NCBI GenBank assembly: GCA_963717935.1
Contig: CAVQXP010000004.1
Span: forward strand, 256,001 to 320,000
Source: Candidatus Eiseniibacteriota bacterium
Lineage (GTDB): Bacteria > Eisenbacteria > RBG-16-71-46
Length of the DNA: 64,000 bases
Direction: 5' to 3'
In this document: piece after piece, positions 1 through 7,396 of the stretch
Numbering within the stretch: position 1 is the first letter of the stretch
Layout of the letters: the number at the start of each line of letters is the position of its first letter
Program-made: the position numbers and the translations under genes
The notes under the pieces: model-generated
What the model was told of the DNA's origin: nothing
What the model saw: the letters and a program-made list of their open reading frames with translations, nothing else
The model's database searches: none

Positions 1-60
1 GAACCCGAGCAGCCGCCCCGCCACCGTCCGCGCGCTCAACGTCGTCTCCCCGGTCACCAC
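1..60 (-). CDS. 5' end of a gene running off the window edge, probable partner of the MBOAT gene
   Basis: GAGGGAG RBS then GTG at 60, 9 nt after the MBOAT stop; reads VVTGETTLSARTVAGRLLGF with no stop. Confidence 0.5.
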   Translation of the reverse strand, partial: MVTGETTLSARTVAGRLLGF

Positions 61-69
61 GGTCTCCCT

Positions 70-1458
70 CTAGTACTTGAAGTAGATGAACGACAGCCCC
101 GCCTGGGCGGCGAACATCACGATCAGGGACACGACCAGCAGCCCCAGCGCGAACGTCACCCAGGCCCGCCGCCGCAGCAGCCACTCGTCCAGCTGGAGCG
201 GGTCCTTCACGATCTCGATGCCGATCATCAGCAGCAGCGGGAACAGCGCGTTCGCCAGCAACGGCTGGTTGAAGAACGGCCCCGGCCGGCCCAGCGCGCG
301 CAGGGCCTCGCCCGCCTCGGCGAGCGAGCCCGCGCGGAAGAAGAGCCATGCGAACAGCGCCTGGTGGAACGTGACGATGATGGCGATCCAGCGCGCGATC
401 CCGCGCCGGGGCGGCCGTTTCCCGCGCAGGCGCCAGATCAGCAGGTAGATCCCGTGCAGCGCGCCCCAGATCACGTAGGTCCAGGTCGCGCCGTGCCACA
501 GGCCGCAGGCGAGGAACACCAGCAGGATGTTGCGCGCCTCGCGCGCGCCCGGCTCGAAGGCCCCGCCCAGCGGCAGGAAGACGTAGTCGCGCAGCCAGGT
601 CGTGAGCGAGACGTGCCAGCGCCGCCAGAACTCCTGGATGTCGCGCGCCAGGTAGGGCGCCTGGAAGTTGAAGACCAGATCGATCCCCAGGAGCCGCGCG
701 ATCCCGACCGCCATGTCGGAGTAGCCGCTGAAATCGCAGTAGATCTGGAAGGCGAACAGGTAGGTCGCGAGCACCATGCTCGCGCCGCTGTGGGCGGCCA
801 GGTTGCCGTAGACCGCGTCCACGTAGGGCCCGAGGTTGTCCGCGACCACGACCTTCTTGAAAAGCCCCCACAGGATGAGGATCACGCCCCGGTAGACGTG
901 CTCCGCCGTCACCCGCCGGGGGCGCCGGAGCTGCTCGAGCAGGTGGTCGTGCCGCTCGATCGGCCCGGCCAGCAGTACCGGGAAGAACGCCACGAAGCGC
1001 AGGTGGTCGAACGTGGAGACCACTTCCGTCCGGCGCCGGTAGACGTCGATCGTGTAGGCCATGGACTGGAAGGTGAAGAAGCTGAGGCCGACCGGCAGGA
1101 CGAGGTGGAGCAGGGGCAGCGACGGATGCAGGCCGAGCAGCCCGAGCAGGTCGCCGGCCGACTGGACGAAGAAGTCCAGGTACTTGAAGAGCCCCAGCAC
1201 GCCCAGATTGACGCACAGGCTCACGAGGAGCCACGCCCTGCGCCGGCCCGGGTCCTCGGTGGCGCCGATCCGCGCGGACGCGGTCGCGTCGGTGAGCGCC
1301 GACAGCAGCAGGAGGCCGAGGTAACGCCAGTCCCACCAGCCGTAGAAGACCAGGCTCGCGGCGAGCAGCATCAGGTTCTGCCCGCGGAACGGCAGCAGCC
1401 GGTACAGGAGCAGGACCGTCAGGAAGAAGACGAGGAAGTCGAGCGAGGAGAATGTCAT
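70..1458 (-). CDS. MBOAT-family membrane O-acyltransferase (AlgI/PatA/DltB type)
   Basis: Motifs LPVGLSFFTFQ, QIYCDFSGYSDMAVG, FWRRWHVSL, GLWHGA (catalytic His), C-terminal FIYFKY; ATG 1458 with GGAGG RBS. Confidence 0.93.
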   Translation of the reverse strand: MTFSSLDFLVFFLTVLLLYRLLPFRGQNLMLLAASLVFYGWWDWRYLGLLLLSALTDATASARIGATEDPGRRRAWLLVSLCVNLGVLGLFKYLDFFVQSAGDLLGLLGLHPSLPLLHLVLPVGLSFFTFQSMAYTIDVYRRRTEVVSTFDHLRFVAFFPVLLAGPIERHDHLLEQLRRPRRVTAEHVYRGVILILWGLFKKVVVADNLGPYVDAVYGNLAAHSGASMVLATYLFAFQIYCDFSGYSDMAVGIARLLGIDLVFNFQAPYLARDIQEFWRRWHVSLTTWLRDYVFLPLGGAFEPGAREARNILLVFLACGLWHGATWTYVIWGALHGIYLLIWRLRGKRPPRRGIARWIAIIVTFHQALFAWLFFRAGSLAEAGEALRALGRPGPFFNQPLLANALFPLLLMIGIEIVKDPLQLDEWLLRRRAWVTFALGLLVVSLIVMFAAQAGLSFIYFKY

Positions 1459-1575
1459 CGGCGGCCTCCGGGCCACCGGCGCTCGGCTTTCGACGACATG
1501 CGGGACCCTCCTCGATCAGCGGAGGCCCGACAATAGCAGGAACCACGGTCGCGGAGGCAAGGACGGCGGGGAGCA

Positions 1576-1630
1576 CGTGTCCCCGCCCGAGCGGTGCCCT
1601 ACGGCGAGCAGGACCGCGACGGCCCGCTCC
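1576..1630. repeat. 55-bp direct repeat, copy 1 (duplicate of a segment near the 3' end of the DUF2877 gene)
   Basis: 54/55 identical to 2692-2746; abuts the stop codon of the 1631-2278 gene. Confidence 0.95.
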
Positions 1631-2278
1631 CTACCGGTAGAGCGACTTGAGCTTCCCCCAGGTCGTCAGCGATGTCGATACGACGGACGACGAACTGACA
1701 CGAAGCACTCCAAGGATCTCCTTCCCCTGCTGGCCGTCCGGCACCTGGACGATGTCCACCTGCACCGGGAAGCGAACCTCCTGGCCACCGAGTGTCATGG
1801 TGATGTCGTAGCACGACGTACCCGCGTAGTCCTGCGGATAGCCAACCATGCACCAAAGCTGCCAGCCGGTCAGCGCCGGAGTGTTCCGGAACACTTCCTC
1901 CGGGCTCAGCATGGTCAGCAGGGTGTCGTTTTCGACATCCACGCAGCCAACCGCCTCATCCGGAAGAAGATCCGAGTCGAGTTCGGCTGACGACGATCCC
2001 ATCATGAAGCTGTACGGTCCCCACGGGATGTACCCCGAGGTCAAGACCCCGGTAACCTGCGCACCGTTGATCTCGGAACCGGCGATCGGCGCCGATCCGG
2101 TGTTCACGATCAGACCGCACGAGAGGCTGATGCCGCCACCGATCGCGATCGGGTCCAGGTAAGCCTTCACCAGGACGTGGTTGATGACGACCACGTCGAG
2201 GCGATCCGCAGCCTCCGCAGCGCCCCCTGCCAGCGTGCAGACCACGAACAGCGCTCCAGCCCAGATGTTCCGCGTCAT
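1631..2278 (-). CDS. Secreted hypothetical protein with C-terminal TTWGKLKSLYR motif
   Basis: GGGAGG RBS, signal peptide MTRNIWAGALFVVCTLAGGAAEA, Ser/Thr linker before the terminal motif; visibly less GC-skewed codon usage. Confidence 0.8.
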   Translation of the reverse strand: MTRNIWAGALFVVCTLAGGAAEAADRLDVVVINHVLVKAYLDPIAIGGGISLSCGLIVNTGSAPIAGSEINGAQVTGVLTSGYIPWGPYSFMMGSSSAELDSDLLPDEAVGCVDVENDTLLTMLSPEEVFRNTPALTGWQLWCMVGYPQDYAGTSCYDITMTLGGQEVRFPVQVDIVQVPDGQQGKEILGVLRVSSSSVVSTSLTTWGKLKSLYR

Positions 2279-2613
2279 GGACAGGCCCCTCCCCCGGTTC
2301 TCCCTGCCCGGTCCGACCGTGACATGCACATCGCCAAGCGCAGTCCTCCCGAAGAGACCGGTCCGCGCTCGGTGAGGCAATGCAGGGTCGTCCTTGAGCC
2401 GGGAAAGCGCGGCCGAAACAGCAGGCGGGGGATCAGCACTCCCAGGGACCCAGGACGCCGTGCTCAGATGACCCTACGCCTTGACCTCGGACTGGTCCAT
2501 GCAAGTCTTCGTTGGAGGCTCAGGGCCGGGCCGGTTGCACGCGGGTCGCGTCCCGCCTCGCCAGAGCGGGGCCTGCCTGCCTCAGGGTCGTCCACCCGCG
2601 GTGCTGGAGCCGC

Positions 2614-3453
2614 TCATCGCGCCCCACGGCGCCCGGGCCGCGGCGGCGCCCCTCGCGCGACGCGCTCCAGCGCGGCGCTGATCCCGCGCAGCGTGTCCCC
2701 GCCCGAGCGGTGCCCTACCGCGAGCAGGACCGCGACGGCCCGCTCCAGCGCCTTCGCACCCGGCTTCGGCAATGCCAGCGTCTCCAGCACCCCCAGCACC
2801 GGCTCCGCGTAGAAGCCCGCCTGCGCGGCGTCGAGCATCTGCGCCGCGAGGCGCGTGGTGCGGGACGTGCCCCGCTCGAGCTCCGCGCCCAGCCGCTCGC
2901 GCAGGGCGGCCGCGGCGCCCGATGCCTCGCGCGCCGCGTCGAGCCCGGCCAGCACGCCCACGAGCACGTCGTCCCCGGAGGGCGTGAGCCCCTCGCCCAA
3001 CCCGACCAGCGTGGCGAGGCCCCGGACCTCGCCACCCGCCCGGAAGCGCTCGAGCGCGGCGGCGAGCGCGGGCTCGAAGGATGGGGCCGTCGGCTGTGCC
3101 GCCGCACCCCGCGCGAGCGTCCGCAGCCCGGCGGCGGGCAGCGCGCGCAACCGGCGCCGCAGCCGCAGGTCCACGACCTCGAGCCCCGCCAGCTCGATCC
3201 TCAGCGCCCCCGCCTCGACCACGCCGTCCGCGACGCGCACCGGCGCACCCTCGGCGATGCGCCCGAGGTCGCGCCGGGTGAGCGGGACGGCGACGGACCA
3301 GGGATGCAGGGGCGACTTCGCGGGCAGCAGGGCCACCAGCGGACCATCGTCGAGCAGCAGGTTGACCGCCCGGGCGTGGACCGAGACGACGAAGCCGCGC
3401 CGGTCGCCGATCAGCGCTTCGGCGGCGAAGGGTCCGGCGCGGCGGGCGCTCAT
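2614..3453 (-). CDS. DUF2877 protein (YlbF/AllH-like oxamate carbamoyltransferase subunit)
   Basis: Signature LVGLGEGLTPSGDDVLVG and VGHRSGGDTLRG; context with FdrA and DUF1116. Confidence 0.85.
   Translation of the reverse strand: MSARRAGPFAAEALIGDRRGFVVSVHARAVNLLLDDGPLVALLPAKSPLHPWSVAVPLTRRDLGRIAEGAPVRVADGVVEAGALRIELAGLEVVDLRLRRRLRALPAAGLRTLARGAAAQPTAPSFEPALAAALERFRAGGEVRGLATLVGLGEGLTPSGDDVLVGVLAGLDAAREASGAAAALRERLGAELERGTSRTTRLAAQMLDAAQAGFYAEPVLGVLETLALPKPGAKALERAVAVLLAVGHRSGGDTLRGISAALERVARGAPPRPGRRGAR
2692..2746. repeat. 55-bp direct repeat, copy 2 (inside the DUF2877 CDS)
   Basis: 54/55 identical to 1576-1630. Confidence 0.95.
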
Positions 3454-3467
3454 CGCTTCGGCGCGGC

Positions 3468-4376
3468 TCAGCGCTTCGGCTTGCGCTTCGCCGCGGCTCC
3501 CCGGGCCGGCGTGGGCCTGCGGCCGTGCAGTTGCGGCGCCAACGCCCCGGCGATGTCGCCGTACTTCGTGAGCTTGCACTTCGCCTTGATCTTCATGAGC
3601 TGCTCGTAGCGCTTGTCGTCCACGAACGCCACGATGCGCGAGATCGAGGACTCGCCGTCCACGAAGCGCCAGGGGAAGCAGCCGACCTCCACGCGCTGGT
3701 TCAGCAGCAGGTCGATGTCCCCGCCCAGGCACTCGGCGTGGATGATGCCCTTGTTGAACATCTCGAGGTGCATCAACTGGTACTTGCTGTCGTCGAAGAA
3801 CTCGGCCAGCGGCTTGCCGTACTTGGCCCGGAAGTGCTGGTCGGCCTGGCGCGCCTGGCGGGGCATCCAGTCGCGGATGATGGTGTTCATCGGGTGGTCG
3901 GCGCTGCCGCAATCCACGCCGATCCAGCGCAGCTTCTTCTTCTTGGCCCACTGGGCGAACTCCCGGTCCGGCCCCGGGTGCTTGACCATGTAGGCGATCT
4001 CGTCGGCCGTGGGCTGGTCCCAGCCGTGGTGGTGGAAGCCGGTGTGGATGATGAGGATGTCGCCGGTGCGGACCTCGACGCGCTCCTCGACCATCTTCGA
4101 GGTGTAGACGTCGTAGGCGCCGCACACGTCCGAGAGGTCCACGATCGCCGCGTCGTGCACCAGGAAGTCCAGGTCGAGCGAGGCGATGTCCTTGCCCGGC
4201 GTGTAGAAGTGGATCTCGCCGTCGAGGTGCGTGCCGAGGTGGTTCGAGTGCGTGAGCAACTGGCCGTTGGCGCCGTTGGGCGCGAGCCGCTTGAAGTACT
4301 TGATCTGCAGCGGCTCGTAGGTCGGCCAGGCCGGCGTGCCGATGCCGAGGGGGATGGTGAGGTCGATGAGCTTCAT
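3468..4376 (-). CDS. Cyclase-family metal-dependent amidohydrolase (kynurenine formamidase/isatin hydrolase fold)
   Basis: MKLIDLTIPL start with GGAGGAG RBS; HLGTHLD (HxGTHxD) metal motif; GDILIIHTG. Confidence 0.88.
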   Translation of the reverse strand: MKLIDLTIPLGIGTPAWPTYEPLQIKYFKRLAPNGANGQLLTHSNHLGTHLDGEIHFYTPGKDIASLDLDFLVHDAAIVDLSDVCGAYDVYTSKMVEERVEVRTGDILIIHTGFHHHGWDQPTADEIAYMVKHPGPDREFAQWAKKKKLRWIGVDCGSADHPMNTIIRDWMPRQARQADQHFRAKYGKPLAEFFDDSKYQLMHLEMFNKGIIHAECLGGDIDLLLNQRVEVGCFPWRFVDGESSISRIVAFVDDKRYEQLMKIKAKCKLTKYGDIAGALAPQLHGRRPTPARGAAAKRKPKR

Positions 4377-4402
4377 GGTCTCCTCCGAAGCGTGACGGCG
4401 CG

Positions 4403-5854
4403 TCAGGCCCTGGCGGCCGGCGCGCCGAGCGACTCTGCGAACGCGAGCAGCGCCTGGCGGAAGCACGCGAGCGGCGGCTTCACCAGGCCGGCGCCCACCA
4501 TGCCGATGCCGGGCTGCTTGTGCGCGATGCCGGTGTTGACGACCGGCACGACGCCGCTCTCGACCACCTTGAGCAGGTCGATGCCGGTCGCCGTGCCGCG
4601 GAAATCGAGCGCCGGGATCTTGTAGACCGGGTGCTCGGCGAGCGTGATGTCGTACATGCGGCGCGTGTAGCCGAGCGCCTGCGCGGCGCTGCCGCCCACG
4701 AACTGGACGATGGCGGGCGCGGCGGCCATGGCCATGCCCCCGAGCCCGGCCGTCTCGGTGATGACCGAGTCGCCGATGTCGGGCGCGGCGTCCGCGGCGC
4801 TGAAGCCCGGCAGGTAGAGCCCGTCCACCATGGGCGCGGGGGCCGTGAACCAGCGCCCGGGAAGCCCCGACACCTGGATGCCGAAGTCGGTCCCGTTGCG
4901 CGCCATGACGCTGACCATGGCCGAGAGCGGGATGCCGGCCGCCGGGTCGAGCGAGCACTTGCTCGCCGCCATGGAGAGATTCAGGAAGAAGTGGTCGTTG
5001 CCGTCGAGGAAGCGCAGGACCGCCGCGATGTCGTCGGCGCCGGCCTTGATCCTCACCAGGTGCGGCGCCAGCGCACGGATGAGCAGCGAGGTGGCCGCGC
5101 GGTTGCGGTTGTGCACCTCGTCGCCCATCTGGAGCGCCTGGGCGATGACGTTGCGCAGGTCGAGCGGCCCGTGCGAGGCCAGCGCCTCGCGCAGCGCAGG
5201 GGCCAGCACCTGCTCCATCCAGCGCAGGCGCACGAGGACCTCGTCGTCGTAGGCGCCGTAGCGCAGCACCTTGCCGAGCCCCTCGTTGAGCGTGGAGAAG
5301 GCGCGGTTGCCGAAGGCCGTGTTCTCGAGAATCCACACCGGCATCGAGGCGGTGACCACGCCGGCCATCGGCCCCACCGTGGCGTGGTGGTGGCAGGGCG
5401 CGAACGCCACCTTGCCCGAGGCCGCGAGCCGCGCGGCCTCCTCGGGCGTCTTCGCCAGCCCTTCGTAGACCAGGCCGCCCATCACCGCGCCGCGCGTCGG
5501 CCCGCTCATGCGCTCCCACTCGACCGGCGGGCCGGCGTGGAGCACGAGGTCCCGGCGCATGCCGGGGACGGCGTCGAGCGCCGTGCCGATGCCGACGATG
5601 ACCGGCCGGGCCGCGAGCAGCCGCTCGACCGACTGGCGGGTCGCCGCGGCGATGTCGGCGCGCACCGCGCCGTCCGCGCCGAGGCAGGCGTCGAGCGCGG
5701 CGAGCACCGCGGGGTCGCCGCCCGCGGGGGGCCGCCAGTCCACGTCCACCGCGCTGCCGCCCGCGCGGCGCAGGTCGGTCGCGAAGGAGGCCAGGCCGAC
5801 ATTCACGACCGACAGCTCCGCGCCGAAGAGCGCGAGCACCTGCTCGACGTTCAT
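4403..5854 (-). CDS. DUF1116 protein (YlbE/AllG-like) with an N-terminal FdrA-C-like segment
   Basis: LHAGPP, GPMAGVVTASMPV, LNEGLGKVLRYGA, MGDEVHNRN, DIGDSVITETAGLGG, NTGIAHKQPGIG; ATGA overlap with the fdrA stop. Confidence 0.9.
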   Translation of the reverse strand: MNVEQVLALFGAELSVVNVGLASFATDLRRAGGSAVDVDWRPPAGGDPAVLAALDACLGADGAVRADIAAATRQSVERLLAARPVIVGIGTALDAVPGMRRDLVLHAGPPVEWERMSGPTRGAVMGGLVYEGLAKTPEEAARLAASGKVAFAPCHHHATVGPMAGVVTASMPVWILENTAFGNRAFSTLNEGLGKVLRYGAYDDEVLVRLRWMEQVLAPALREALASHGPLDLRNVIAQALQMGDEVHNRNRAATSLLIRALAPHLVRIKAGADDIAAVLRFLDGNDHFFLNLSMAASKCSLDPAAGIPLSAMVSVMARNGTDFGIQVSGLPGRWFTAPAPMVDGLYLPGFSAADAAPDIGDSVITETAGLGGMAMAAAPAIVQFVGGSAAQALGYTRRMYDITLAEHPVYKIPALDFRGTATGIDLLKVVESGVVPVVNTGIAHKQPGIGMVGAGLVKPPLACFRQALLAFAESLGAPAARA

Positions 5855-7386
5855 CGCCCGGCCCCCCCCAGCACGGCGGCGGCGAACAGGGCCGCGCGCC
5901 GGTTGTCCGTTTCGACGGTCACTCCGGCGTCCGCGAGCCGGCGCACCTGCGCGTCGTAGCCCTGCGGGTCCTCGCCCGTGCCCGTGACCGAGGCGACCGC
6001 CACCAGTTCGCGCCCCTGCGCCCGGCGCCGCGCCTGGTCCACGCCCGCGGCCAGCACGCCCGCCGGGTCCGGGTGCGAGCCGTAGCCGATCACGCAGTCG
6101 AACAGCAGCAGCCCGGCCGCGGGATCGGCCGACTCGACCGCGAGCCGCTCGTTGCGCAGCACCGGCTCGATCATCGGGTGCGGCCGGCCCCGCGTGAACA
6201 CGTCGTCGCCCAGGTCGAGCAGCACGTGGCCCGGCACCGGCTCGACGCCGTCCACCCGCAGCGCGCCCTGCTTGTGCAGGTTCGAGCGCACCTCGAGCCC
6301 GGCGCGCGCGAGCAGGGCGAGCGCCTCCTGCCCGGTCGTGCCACCGCAGAACAGCGCCTTGAGCGCCGCGCCCGGCCGCAGGAGCGCCGCGGCCGACGCG
6401 ACGCACGACGCATCCGCGACCGGCGGCGGCGGCGTGAAGGCGAGACCGCTCAGCCGGCAGGCCAGCTCCGCCGCGCCGGCCAGCGAATCGGCGAAGACGA
6501 TCCCGTGGGCCGGGTCCTCCGGGCGCGGGGCGTCGCCCACGAAGTGGATCACGCAGGGCTTCGGCGTCGCCGCCAGCGCCGCGACCACCTGTTCCGCCAC
6601 CGCCGGAGCCGGCGGCTTCGAGATCACGACGATCACCTTCGTCTCCGGGTCGGCCGCGAGCGCCTCGATGCCCAGCCGCATCATGAGCCCGCCCACCGCG
6701 GCCGAGAGGTCGCGTCCGCCCGTGCCGATGGCCTGCGAGACGCCACCGCCGAGACGATGGACCAGGCTCGAGACCTCCTGGATGCCCGTGCCCGCCGCGC
6801 CCACGATACCGATGGGACCGCGCCGCACGGCGTTGGCGAAGGCGAGCGGCCGGCCGTCGAGGATGGCGGTGCCGCAGTCGGGGCCCATCATCAGCAGCCC
6901 GCGCGCCGCCGCCTCGCGCTTGAGCGCGACCTCGTCCTCGAGCGTCACGTTGTCCGAGAAGAGCATCACGTGCCGGCCCAGCGCAAGCGCGCGCCGCGCC
7001 TCGCGCGCGGCGTGCTCGCCGGGCACCGAGATGAGGACGAGGTTGGCCTCCGGGTGGGCCCGCACGGCCGCCGCGAGCGACGCCGGACGCGTCTCCTCGT
7101 CCGCGCCCGCGTCGGGCCGGGCCTGCAGCAACCGCTCCAGCTCCGCCTCGACCGCCGCCGGCGAGCCGGCCGCGCCCTTCACCGCGATGAGCAGGTCGTT
7201 GGGCGTGGCCACCGCGAGCGCGGGCCCGCCGTAGCCCTGCGCGCCGAGCAGGTCGCGGTTCTGCGGCGTGCCCATGGCGACCACCGCGTCCTCGACGCCC
7301 GCGAGGCCCTTCAGGGCCTGCGAGACCCGCATCAGGAGCACGGAGTCGTGATACGAGTCCCTGCGGACCAGCACGAAGGCAGCCAC
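5851..7386 (-). CDS. fdrA: FdrA (AllF-like), succinyl-CoA synthetase alpha-like CoA-binding protein
   Basis: YHDSVLLM, AMGTPQN, LISVPGEHA, MMGPDCGT, GTGIQEV, GTGGRDLS, LDLGDD...GRPHPMIEP. Confidence 0.9.
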   Translation of the reverse strand: MAAFVLVRRDSYHDSVLLMRVSQALKGLAGVEDAVVAMGTPQNRDLLGAQGYGGPALAVATPNDLLIAVKGAAGSPAAVEAELERLLQARPDAGADEETRPASLAAAVRAHPEANLVLISVPGEHAAREARRALALGRHVMLFSDNVTLEDEVALKREAAARGLLMMGPDCGTAILDGRPLAFANAVRRGPIGIVGAAGTGIQEVSSLVHRLGGGVSQAIGTGGRDLSAAVGGLMMRLGIEALAADPETKVIVVISKPPAPAVAEQVVAALAATPKPCVIHFVGDAPRPEDPAHGIVFADSLAGAAELACRLSGLAFTPPPPVADASCVASAAALLRPGAALKALFCGGTTGQEALALLARAGLEVRSNLHKQGALRVDGVEPVPGHVLLDLGDDVFTRGRPHPMIEPVLRNERLAVESADPAAGLLLFDCVIGYGSHPDPAGVLAAGVDQARRRAQGRELVAVASVTGTGEDPQGYDAQVRRLADAGVTVETDNRRAALFAAAVLGGAGR

Positions 7387-7396
7387 GTCTCCCCCG

